Below the pieces are notes generated by a model. It saw only the letters and a list, made by a program, of their open reading frames with translations. It ran no database searches and was not told the DNA's origin. Below are positions 8,439-17,114 of a DNA stretch of 48,223 bases, one piece after another. Every line of letters starts with the position of its first letter. The first letter of the stretch is position 1. The DNA is from a virus (taxonomy: Duplodnaviria > Caudoviricetes), in IMG/VR virus record IMGVR_UViG_3300043185_000111, positions 1 to 48,223 of that record. One strand, 5' to 3'. The translations under genes were made by a program, and so were the position numbers.

Positions 8439-9440
8439 ATGTTTAGCAACAACCGTTCACAGGACGCCTACCTTCGCGGCTACAACGACATGGCCAAGGC
8501 GGAGATCGCCCGCATGTCACTGTTCCGCGCGGATGCCCAGACCGGCGTTTTCGCACAGCACCTCGTGATGACGACTCTCGCGGAGGTGTTCCGTCATGAG
8601 AACGAGAAACTCAAGTTCGTCAACGACGGCTTGATCTCGTGGGACACGAGCGTGCCCGCCGGCGCGCTCCAAGTGGGGTGGCAGGAGTTGTTGCATACGG
8701 ACGGGCCTGATGACGGGATCGTGGCTGATGATGCCGAGGACATCGGCGCGATCGAACTTCAGGGGGAGTTCCACGTCAATCGCGCGGTGACGCTCGCCAA
8801 ATCGTTCAAGTACAGCGTCCAAGACGTCGAGACTGCGCAGGTACAGGGATCGTGGTCGATGGTCGCGGAGAAGTCCGAGGCGTGTCGCGACGGTCACGAT
8901 CGCGACGTCAACAACCTCGTGAGAAACGGTAGCGCCGACGGGAGCATCCCCGGGCTGTATCGTTACCCCGGCATCCTCGTGGAACCTGCGATCACCGGTA
9001 ACTGGGCCGCCGCGACCGCGGCCCAGATCGAAGCGGATTTCAACGCGGCCGTCACCGGGCAGCGTTTGGCAACGGCAGGAGTCGAAGAGGCCGATACCGC
9101 GCTGTTCCCGATCGTCGCTTGGCAGCGGATCAAGACTCTGCGCAGTTCGACGGCGACGGATATCACCGTGTTGGAGTTCTTGAAGCGGAACAACCCAGAG
9201 ATCACACGGTGGGAGTTCGAAAACGGGCTCGTCGGCAAGGCGGACACGGGGTCCGTGACGGGTGACTCTTGCTTGATCTACCGCAATTCGCCGAGCGTCG
9301 TGCGAGGCGTCATGCCCCTCCGGCTCGTGCCGATGCCGCCCCAGGAGCGAGGCCTTGTCGTGAAGGTGATCATGCGCTCGCGTTATGCGGGCTTGATCGT
9401 GCCGAAGCCGCGCGCGATCGTCCGCCTCGACGGCATCTAG
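8439..9440 (+). CDS. Major capsid protein (DUF2184-like, HK97 fold)
   Basis: YS.QDV..A, G......GL..YP, FL..NNP, R.AG.IV.KP.AI..LDGI end; position. Confidence 0.88.
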   Translation: MFSNNRSQDAYLRGYNDMAKAEIARMSLFRADAQTGVFAQHLVMTTLAEVFRHENEKLKFVNDGLISWDTSVPAGALQVGWQELLHTDGPDDGIVADDAEDIGAIELQGEFHVNRAVTLAKSFKYSVQDVETAQVQGSWSMVAEKSEACRDGHDRDVNNLVRNGSADGSIPGLYRYPGILVEPAITGNWAAATAAQIEADFNAAVTGQRLATAGVEEADTALFPIVAWQRIKTLRSSTATDITVLEFLKRNNPEITRWEFENGLVGKADTGSVTGDSCLIYRNSPSVVRGVMPLRLVPMPPQERGLVVKVIMRSRYAGLIVPKPRAIVRLDGI

Positions 9441-9520
9441 TTTCCCCAGCCGTTTATCCCCGCGCGTCCACGCCCCCGGCTGGTGCAACCTAGGTGGCGC
9501 GCCAGATCGGAGCAGGACAG

Positions 9521-9772
9521 ATGTCAGAAACAGCGATGGTTGAGGTACAGAACAACACGCGATACGCGGTGGTGATCGGTGACGGACTTTCCGTGCCCTG
9601 CATCGCAGGTCGTAAGGGCGGACGCGTGCAGGTCCCCGCGAAAGTGTGGGAGTCGTTCTCCGCGCGCCCGCACGTAAAGGGTATGCTCGCCGCACGCACC
9701 CTAGTCGTGGTCGACGCTGCCGTGGACGCAGCGCATCGAGCACCGTTCGATCTGGTCACTGAGGAGGATTAG
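9521..9772 (+). CDS. Hypothetical head-associated protein
   Basis: SD (AGGA) and ATG; typical small gene after MCP. Confidence 0.7.
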   Translation: MSETAMVEVQNNTRYAVVIGDGLSVPCIAGRKGGRVQVPAKVWESFSARPHVKGMLAARTLVVVDAAVDAAHRAPFDLVTEED

Positions 9773-9776
9773 GGCG

Positions 9777-10508
9777 GTGTCCGCCTCGGACATCGCGACG
9801 CGCGAGGAGCTTCTGGTCATCGTGCCGGCCGGTTCCGTGGGTCCTCGCGCGACGGCGACGATTTCCGTGGCGACGTATCCTGTGCCCGCGGGCACGACGG
9901 TGACCGCAGGTTCGCTCGTGCTCACCGCGGCCAACGTCGCGCGCACGAGCGGCGCCAACAACTTCCGAGGTAACGCGGGGTCGGCCGCGGCCGTTGCTGC
10001 CGACATCGCGGCTGCGATCAATGATACCGCGAATACCTTTGCGGCCGCGTCGTGGTCCGCATCCGTCGATGGGTCGGGTTCCGTGGTCGACGTCGTGGGC
10101 GCGACAGGACCGGACGGCGACGTCACGCTGGTTTCGTCGCACGCGTCGATCGTCGTGGCGGGTTTCAGCGGGGGCGCGGCCTGGGTAGATCACGCGCTGG
10201 GGTTCGCCGAGATGTTCTTGGACGCGTCATGTTGGGGGAACTGGCTTAATACGGGGTCGATCTACCTCGCGGGGCACGTGCTGACCCAAATCCCGGGCGG
10301 GCTTGCGGCCGGCCTTGGCGGCAACACGACTAGCGTTAGCATCGGCGCGATCTCCAAATCGTTTTCCGTCGCCGCTCCAACGGATCCTCAGTTCGGGTTG
10401 TCTTCGTGGGGTAAGCTCTATCTCACGCTTGCGGAGTCCGTGTATTGCGCCCCGGGAGGAGTGGCTGGCGCGGGCGGCATCCCGCTCGGCATCGCGGGAG
10501 GTTGCTGA
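9777..10508 (+). CDS. Head-tail adaptor (DUF4054-like) with inserted domain
   Basis: W......G..YL.GH.L, S.SIG.IS.S, L.SWG..YL.L. Confidence 0.7.
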   Translation: MSASDIATREELLVIVPAGSVGPRATATISVATYPVPAGTTVTAGSLVLTAANVARTSGANNFRGNAGSAAAVAADIAAAINDTANTFAAASWSASVDGSGSVVDVVGATGPDGDVTLVSSHASIVVAGFSGGAAWVDHALGFAEMFLDASCWGNWLNTGSIYLAGHVLTQIPGGLAAGLGGNTTSVSIGAISKSFSVAAPTDPQFGLSSWGKLYLTLAESVYCAPGGVAGAGGIPLGIAGGC

Positions 10509-11026
10509 TGGCGCTACAGGGCACGGGCGTTCGCATTACGCTCAACGACAAGTTGCTGCGCAGGATCGCCGCGAACATCGAACGTTACGAACGGTTGGAG
10601 GCCCAAGCGGGGTATTACACCGGCGCGACGTATGGTGACGGCACGCCGGTGTCCGCGGTAGCGGCGTTTCATGAGTTCGGCACCGTGAACATGCCGCAAC
10701 GGTCGTTCATGCGTAGTGCGTTGCAAGAGCGCCGACCTCAACTTGCCAAGATCACCGCGGACGCGACCGGTAACGTCATGCGGGGGGGTGACCCCGTCAA
10801 AGAGTTTTCGCGCGTGGCAAAGGCGATCGCGTGGGCGATGTACGATAAGTTGCGCACCGCAACCGATTGGGCAGAGCCGCTCGCGCCGCGAACGATCGCG
10901 CGTAAGGGGCATGCGATCGTATTGTTCGAGGTTGGTAAGCTGCGGGACGAGCTGATCTGGCGTGTGCGGGATCGCGGGAGAATCGTGGCCCAGGGTCATG
11001 CGAAGAACGTAGGGGGAATCGCCTGA
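10508..11026 (+). CDS. Neck/virion morphogenesis protein
   Basis: Y.DGT.V..VA..HEFGT.NMPQRSFMR, LAP.TI.RKG....L...G.L. Confidence 0.8.
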   Translation: MALQGTGVRITLNDKLLRRIAANIERYERLEAQAGYYTGATYGDGTPVSAVAAFHEFGTVNMPQRSFMRSALQERRPQLAKITADATGNVMRGGDPVKEFSRVAKAIAWAMYDKLRTATDWAEPLAPRTIARKGHAIVLFEVGKLRDELIWRVRDRGRIVAQGHAKNVGGIA

Positions 11027-11589
11027 TGGCCAACGGGTCGAACGCCTTCGATTTCTCGATCACGCTGGCCGACTTCTTGGCGACCGTCGTCGGCGATGGC
11101 ACGAACGCGAGCATCGTCCAGGCGCTCAAAACCGACAAGGCTGGATTCGCGGTGCCGGCTTCTGGGATCAGTGTCGCGAGCGGCCAGTTGTGGAGCAATC
11201 GCGTCGATGATTTCATCCTTAAAATCTATGAACTGAACCCGGGGCGCAAGGATCATGCGCTGACGACCGTGGGCGCGCTCACAGCCTCTGTTGTGCTAGC
11301 GACCCTCACCACGAACGGCGATGTTTGGAGGATCGGAGGCGTCGCCACGGGCCGGACTGCGACGGCCGGAGAGGTCGCTAGCGCGCGGTTCGAGGGTCAC
11401 TTTTATCGCGCGGCAGGGGTCGTGTCATTGCTCGATCCAGTTCATACGGTCGTGACCACCGCGCCGTTGGCCGGCGTCGATATCGATCTGGACATATCCG
11501 GCAATGATGTTCGCATCCTCGCGACCGGGATTGGCGGCAAGACGGTCACTTGGACCATTCGCGTTGACGAGGCGGTCGAGATCTCGTGA
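11026..11589 (+). CDS. Hypothetical virion protein
   Basis: Coupled ORF; beta-rich C-terminal half. Confidence 0.7.
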   Translation: MANGSNAFDFSITLADFLATVVGDGTNASIVQALKTDKAGFAVPASGISVASGQLWSNRVDDFILKIYELNPGRKDHALTTVGALTASVVLATLTTNGDVWRIGGVATGRTATAGEVASARFEGHFYRAAGVVSLLDPVHTVVTTAPLAGVDIDLDISGNDVRILATGIGGKTVTWTIRVDEAVEIS

Positions 11590-11599
11590 TATGATGGAG
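11587..11599 (+). promoter_or_regulatory. Extended -10 promoter candidate (TGaTATGAT) followed by GGAG
   Basis: TGnTAnnnT consensus overlapping the upstream stop codon. Confidence 0.45.
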
Positions 11600-11607
11600 C
11601 GACGAGC

Positions 11608-12414
11608 ATGAGCACTCGTAACGACAAAACTCTTACAGTGGTCGCGACGGCCGTGTTTCAGGTCGACGTGTCTGGGCCGACGTTCGTCGACGAAACCACG
11701 GATGCTACCGACGCTGGCAGCGCAGATTGGACCGTGTTCCCGGCGACCGAGGCGGTGGGAGATTACGTAGCCTTCTGCTCGCAAGAGAAGTTTACGCGAA
11801 TCGTGCTCGACAGCGCGGGCGGAACGGCGGGCGTAGGAGGCCTGGTCGAATGGCGGTACCTCGCCCCGGATGGAAGCTGGCAATTGCTGCCGAACGTCGT
11901 CGATGGGTCCGCCGGGTTCACGGTTGCGATCGCGGATGGGCAGAATGTCGCGTGGGAGGAGCCCGAGCAGTGGACCGCGCGGACGCTCAATAGCGTCACG
12001 GGTTATTGGGTGGCCGCGTTCATCACGCAAGTGTTCAGCACAAACCCGGTCTACGATCAATGCTTCGTCGGCGGTTTCGACGGCAAGGGCGATCGCGGTA
12101 GGGTCGCGCCGACATCTGGGGAAGTCGACGGCACGGCGGGAACAAACGCGTCCGAACGTTACGTGCTGACGCATGCGAGCTTGCGCGTGCTGTCCGGCGC
12201 GATCACGTCGTGGCGGTTGATCAAGTGGGACCCGGTGGCCGACCAGGAGGTCAGCGAGATCGACAACGGCGGCGCTGACACTAACGTCGACCTCAGCGGT
12301 GGGATAACGATTCCCCTTGATCAAGCCGGTGTCGGTTCGTGCGAGGTCCGGTTCGTGATCGTCGGCCAAACCGGCAGCGTAAGGTGCGTGCTGGACGGGG
12401 TGGTGTCGGCATGA
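11608..12414 (+). CDS. Virion protein sharing a ~140-aa domain with the tail sheath insertion
   Basis: TVFPATEAVGD, EKF, AGGTAG.GG.V.W.Y and TNPV.DQ.F shared with 25323-26828. Confidence 0.8.
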   Translation: MSTRNDKTLTVVATAVFQVDVSGPTFVDETTDATDAGSADWTVFPATEAVGDYVAFCSQEKFTRIVLDSAGGTAGVGGLVEWRYLAPDGSWQLLPNVVDGSAGFTVAIADGQNVAWEEPEQWTARTLNSVTGYWVAAFITQVFSTNPVYDQCFVGGFDGKGDRGRVAPTSGEVDGTAGTNASERYVLTHASLRVLSGAITSWRLIKWDPVADQEVSEIDNGGADTNVDLSGGITIPLDQAGVGSCEVRFVIVGQTGSVRCVLDGVVSA

Positions 12415-13316
12415 CATCGTTGGCCCAGCAAACCCGCGGACTTCGGCGGAATCCCCCGAAATCCCTCGATTACGTCGACGTCGGTTCTGGACGTTTCGTC
12501 GGACACCGAACTTTGGCGGAGCTTCACGCGCTCGGTACCGCGACGAATCCGGCGGTAGCCGTCGGGTCGGTTGCCTGGGACACCGCGGGCCAAGGATACG
12601 CTCGGTGTTTCTGGGCGGCGGCCAACGAATCCGTTTGGCTGCATACAAGTATGCTCAACGGAGTGGTCTCCCGCAATGATTGGTACGCGTGGGACGAGAC
12701 GGACTCGGATGGTTATATCATCATAGCAGCGGATGGCGGCGCCGCGGTCACGACGACCGGCACGCTTCAATCCGCGACGCGTCGCGGGATCTTGACGCTA
12801 TCGATCACGTCGACACTCAACTCACGCGCGGGGGTACGCCAAGCCGCGGGGACCGGGGTGCGTGGCGCGCTGATCCCGGGCGCTCAGGAGATATACTCGC
12901 GCACGATCGCCCGTCACGACACGTTGCCGACCGCCGGCACCGATAGATTTCAGATCTATATCGGGTGCACGGGCGACGTCGGTACCACCGTTGAACCAGT
13001 CAGCGGCGCGTATTTCGTCGTTGACGATTCGTCTGGGAACTTCGTCTATCGCACGCGCGAGGCGAGCACGTCTACAAGCTCGGGTGGAGGTGACGTCGCG
13101 GTCGCCGCGAGCGTGAACACGTGGCGGGAGTTCGTGGTCGGGTTGTCGAACACGCGCGCACGATTTTGGATCGACGGCGTGCTCGTGGCGACCCGCACGA
13201 CAAACATTCCGACACAAGTCTATGGCAACGCCCCTTGGTTGCTCCGCACGAACGCGGAAGGTGGCAACGTCGTGCTCAGCGTCGATAAAACGGAATGGGA
13301 GTCCTCGACGGCTTGA
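12411..13316 (+). CDS. Virion protein with putative ConA/LamG-like beta-sandwich
   Basis: ATGA overlap; NTW.EF.V......ARFWIDGVLVAT.TTNIP. Confidence 0.65.
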   Translation: MTSLAQQTRGLRRNPPKSLDYVDVGSGRFVGHRTLAELHALGTATNPAVAVGSVAWDTAGQGYARCFWAAANESVWLHTSMLNGVVSRNDWYAWDETDSDGYIIIAADGGAAVTTTGTLQSATRRGILTLSITSTLNSRAGVRQAAGTGVRGALIPGAQEIYSRTIARHDTLPTAGTDRFQIYIGCTGDVGTTVEPVSGAYFVVDDSSGNFVYRTREASTSTSSGGGDVAVAASVNTWREFVVGLSNTRARFWIDGVLVATRTTNIPTQVYGNAPWLLRTNAEGGNVVLSVDKTEWESSTA

Positions 13317-13371
13317 CTGCACGCGGACGTCGACTCTGAATGGATGGAGAACGCCTGGGAGAGCTGATCGA

Positions 13372-14727
13372 ATGTCGTTGCGCACGTGGATCTCCGACAA
13401 CATGGGCTTGAATCATTCAAGCTCGTGGACGAAGAAAAGTTCATGGTCGGCCGATCCGGCTACGATCGGGCAACGGTTCTACGATGCGAGCTTGATGCTG
13501 TATCCCGCGACCTGCTACGCGTGCGAACGTGGTGGCGTTGCCTGGGTCGACGAACTCTGCGAGATTTGGGTCGAGGCTGAAGGTTGGCTCTACACGATCG
13601 GCGAGATCAAAACGCTGGGCCCGCACGACCTTGACGACGCGGGGCCGGACACCGCGAGGATCTTGCCCGCCGTCGTCGACGGTGTTCATGTCGACAACGT
13701 TTTGTTCAACTCGCAAGGGCTGTTGCCGGCGTGTCGTTTGTTGCGCCACGTCGCGGGGATCCCCGCAAGTCAACGCACATCTGCCATGACGGCGTTCGTA
13801 GCCGCGTGGGCCGAACCGTTGATCCGGGACCACGCGCACCGCAAGAGCGTCGTTGCCCATACGATCACGTGGGGCGGCGAGCCATGGAACCCGATCCGGT
13901 TGACGCGCTGGCAGCAGTTGGTGCCGAAGCCTTCTCCTCCCAGCACGCCGAACTACTTTGACGCGATGGTAGACTCGGATTGGATGCTCTTGCAGAACAT
14001 CGTGGAGGTGCGACATGCGTTGGCGGTCGACCCGACGATATACAGCGCAACCTCGCAGCAGCTCGCAGATCTTGACGAAGGTGTCGACGCGGGCATCGCC
14101 CTCGTGGTCGATCGAATCGTGCATACCGCATACGGGGATCTATATTTCGGTAACGAGATGGCCACCCATCCCGATTGGGCATACTCCGGTGTCGGCGGGC
14201 ACGTAAACCCGTTCGGGTCGCCCGCGGCCGAGTCTTCATGTGGGTGGGACACGAGCCATTACCATCGGATCCCTCAGATGCTTCGCGCGATCTACGATGC
14301 GCGAATCGTCCTCGGATTGGATTGGCCGACGGACCTCGATCTGAAAGCCGCCGCGGATTATTACGCGACGGTGCCATTCAATGGGAACTATGAATGGCCG
14401 CAGTTCGCGAACTATGCGAACGGGATCGACGGGTGGTATCGAGTCGACGCCACGTCGGGGTATCCCCCGAGCGGATACCAAAACGCTAACGGTAACGATA
14501 ACACGCGTTCATTGTTCGTCGGATCCGTATGGGGATGGGGCAGGCTCGCGCCGTTCAGCTCGAAGCTCGCGGCCGTGCTGGAAGCGTTCATGGACCTCGC
14601 CAACGCCACGTGGGAAGGCCATGCATCTCGTGTCGCGTATTACAATGCTCAGCCGTTTCGCGCGCACGTTTACCCCGTCGCGTTGTTCGCGCTAGCAGCC
14701 GCCTGGCCGGAGCGAGCGTCGGCATGA
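13372..14727 (+). CDS. Aromatic-rich hypothetical protein, possibly a helical carbohydrate-active enzyme
   Basis: 451 aa, W/Y/D-rich; WDTSHYHR, FANY.NG.DGWYRV. Confidence 0.6.
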   Translation: MSLRTWISDNMGLNHSSSWTKKSSWSADPATIGQRFYDASLMLYPATCYACERGGVAWVDELCEIWVEAEGWLYTIGEIKTLGPHDLDDAGPDTARILPAVVDGVHVDNVLFNSQGLLPACRLLRHVAGIPASQRTSAMTAFVAAWAEPLIRDHAHRKSVVAHTITWGGEPWNPIRLTRWQQLVPKPSPPSTPNYFDAMVDSDWMLLQNIVEVRHALAVDPTIYSATSQQLADLDEGVDAGIALVVDRIVHTAYGDLYFGNEMATHPDWAYSGVGGHVNPFGSPAAESSCGWDTSHYHRIPQMLRAIYDARIVLGLDWPTDLDLKAAADYYATVPFNGNYEWPQFANYANGIDGWYRVDATSGYPPSGYQNANGNDNTRSLFVGSVWGWGRLAPFSSKLAAVLEAFMDLANATWEGHASRVAYYNAQPFRAHVYPVALFALAAAWPERASA

Positions 14728-14749
14728 CCCGAGGAATGAGGGTACGCAA

Positions 14750-16720
14750 ATGGCTCAAGTAGCGTCTAGGATCTGGGAGTTCGCCGATGCGGCGGATCGC
14801 AACGCGACCGGGTCGGATCATGGGTTGCGGACCGGGCAGCTCGGTTACATCCGAGGGGAATCCCTATCCTTCGCGTCGGGGGTGAGCCCGACCAGCTCTA
14901 CGTGGGTAGCCGCGGTCGCTAGCACGCTGGATTGGAAATCTAGCGTGCGCGTGGCGACGACGACGACCCTGCCCGCGAATACGCGCACGGGGAACGTTTT
15001 GACGGCTGACGCTAACGGGGCGTTGCCGGCGATCGATGGGGTGTCGCTATCCGTTGGTAATAGCTTGCTCGTAAAGGACGAGGCTGTAGGGGCGAATCGA
15101 GGGATTTATGAGGTCACGAATCTAGGTAGCGGAGGTTCGCAGTTCGTATTGACGCGCCGCAGCGACGCCGATTCGAGCGACGAGGTCACGAACGGATTGA
15201 GCGGCATGATCTCCGAGGGGACGCTGAACGGAGGCAAACGTTACCTGTTGGTGACGGCCGATCCGATCACGTTGAACACAACGTCGTTGACGTTCGATGT
15301 TTTCCCGGGAAGTACCCCTCCCCTCGCTGATGTGCTCGCCGAGGGTAACGTTACGGGAGGCAACGATATCGAGGTGACGTCTGGGGACGAGATCGTCAGC
15401 GCGTCGGGTTCCGACCTGACGTTGCGACCGGCGTCGGGCAGGGCGCTCGTCCTCGCGTCGGGTTCGCTGCTCGTGGGGGGAGCGGCGTCGACGGATCCGA
15501 CGACAAGCGGCGATGATTTCGTGCTCGGTAACTTGTCTAACGCGAATCCTGGTATGACGATGGTGGGCACGACGGCGGCCCAGATGCGAATCCAATACGT
15601 GTCCGCGGCCGGGGTAGCGCACGGGGAGTTTCGCTACGATAGATCGCAGTCGCGTTATGTACTGAACATCGCCTCCGCCGATCGTTATCTTGTCGCTACG
15701 GGCGCATTTTCGCCGGTCACGGATAACTCGGTCGACCTCGGAATCGTGTCCACGGGCAGGTTCCGCGATGCCCACCTTTCGCGTGCGCTGCTCCTTGCCG
15801 GGGCCACCCAGGCCGCGGCCCCCGCTGGTTCGGACGAGATCGTCATCGGTGACGGGTCCGCCGCGGATTTCGGCACGATGATCTTCACCGGCACGGCGGC
15901 TGTAGGCACGTACGGCTTCACCGATACGTCGGGAAGCTCCCGCGCATGGACCCAGTATAATCACGCCACCGATCTATTGATTTTCGGGGCCGGGGGCGCG
16001 GATCGCATAGCGGTCGGCGATAACGTGTTTCGGCCGACCACGGATGCCGGTTCGCCTATCGGGGTGACCTCATCGCACGGTTGGCAAAACCTCGTGCTCA
16101 CGGAACGGGCGGATCACGTCGGCGCCCCGACGGCGACGCGCGCTGAGATCTGGTTGCGTAACGATGCTCCGAACGTGCTCGTTTTCACAGACGACGCCGG
16201 CGCGGATCACCCGCTCGGCTATATGGAGATCTTGCACGGCGGGGCGAAGCAAGCTTTCCTGCCGGCCGCCAGCGCCGCGTCTTTCCTCGAAGGGTCCAGC
16301 GGCATCGCGGGTCGGGCCATCCTGCAATACTCGGCCACGGCGACGAACAGTGCTTACTGGCGTTTTGTCATGCCGCGGGAATACGTGGGCGGCGACCTTG
16401 TCCTTCGCATCTGGTATTCCGGTTCGTCGAGCTTCGGTGGAACCGACGGCGTTCGCTGGTCCGTTGGATTCGAACGTCAGAACTCTCTATTGGACATGAG
16501 CGCGACGAGCTTCGGCACGTTCACAAATGCTACGGACACCCCGGGGGTCACGTTCACCGCGGAGCTTCTTCGCATCTTCGACATCACAGTTTCGGCTGCC
16601 AACCTGGACGGTATTCTGGCTGGCGAATCGTTCATGGTCACCGTGGACCGACTTGGAGCGGACGGGGCAGATACATACACAGGGACTACGCGTGTCTATG
16701 GCGTAGCGCTTCTTCAGTGA
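14750..16720 (+). CDS. Tail fibre/appendage-like protein
   Basis: WK.SVRVATT...IDGV.L.VG..LLVKD.....N.GIY module; P.TD...DLG...RF....L repeats. Confidence 0.7.
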   Translation: MAQVASRIWEFADAADRNATGSDHGLRTGQLGYIRGESLSFASGVSPTSSTWVAAVASTLDWKSSVRVATTTTLPANTRTGNVLTADANGALPAIDGVSLSVGNSLLVKDEAVGANRGIYEVTNLGSGGSQFVLTRRSDADSSDEVTNGLSGMISEGTLNGGKRYLLVTADPITLNTTSLTFDVFPGSTPPLADVLAEGNVTGGNDIEVTSGDEIVSASGSDLTLRPASGRALVLASGSLLVGGAASTDPTTSGDDFVLGNLSNANPGMTMVGTTAAQMRIQYVSAAGVAHGEFRYDRSQSRYVLNIASADRYLVATGAFSPVTDNSVDLGIVSTGRFRDAHLSRALLLAGATQAAAPAGSDEIVIGDGSAADFGTMIFTGTAAVGTYGFTDTSGSSRAWTQYNHATDLLIFGAGGADRIAVGDNVFRPTTDAGSPIGVTSSHGWQNLVLTERADHVGAPTATRAEIWLRNDAPNVLVFTDDAGADHPLGYMEILHGGAKQAFLPAASAASFLEGSSGIAGRAILQYSATATNSAYWRFVMPREYVGGDLVLRIWYSGSSSFGGTDGVRWSVGFERQNSLLDMSATSFGTFTNATDTPGVTFTAELLRIFDITVSAANLDGILAGESFMVTVDRLGADGADTYTGTTRVYGVALLQ

Positions 16721-17109
16721 GCACCGAACGCAACGGAACTCTTGAGGCCCCGTTCCTGCTCAAGCAGGGGCGCACGTTCTTGCTCGTCGTCACGGTGCAA
16801 CGAGATGGGGCGCTCGTGGACTTGTCGTCTCCCGCGCGAACCGGGCGCGGTCAGATGCGCGCGTCCGCTGCGGACACGGGGACGCCGGTCGCGTCGTTCG
16901 ACGTGTCGATCCGAGATCCCCAGACGGGGACTGACAAGGGCAAGGCTGACGTTAGCCTTGGCGCTACGGTATCTGCTGCGACGGCTGTACCGGCGGTTCC
17001 GGTCGGCGTGTACCAGGTCGACGTCGAGTTCGAGAACGACACCGACCCGGATGACGTCATAGCCTCGGACGTGTTCTATGTCGAGGTCGTGGCAGAGGTC
17101 ACGAAATAG
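16717..17109 (+). CDS. BppU-like Ig-fold fibre adaptor
   Basis: QG.TF...V.......VDL......QMR...GVY..DVE pattern. Confidence 0.6.
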   Translation: MSTERNGTLEAPFLLKQGRTFLLVVTVQRDGALVDLSSPARTGRGQMRASAADTGTPVASFDVSIRDPQTGTDKGKADVSLGATVSAATAVPAVPVGVYQVDVEFENDTDPDDVIASDVFYVEVVAEVTK

Positions 17110-17114
17110 CGTAC

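Noticed and set aside
9452-9463. GTTTATCCCCGC resembles half of a type I-E CRISPR repeat
   Set aside because: Only ~12 nt, the matching GCGGGGA arm is missing, and no second copy was seen.
11653-12075. Diversity-generating retroelement TR/VR pair with the sheath insert
   Set aside because: DNA identity is patchy, differences are not adenine-specific, and no reverse transcriptase is present.
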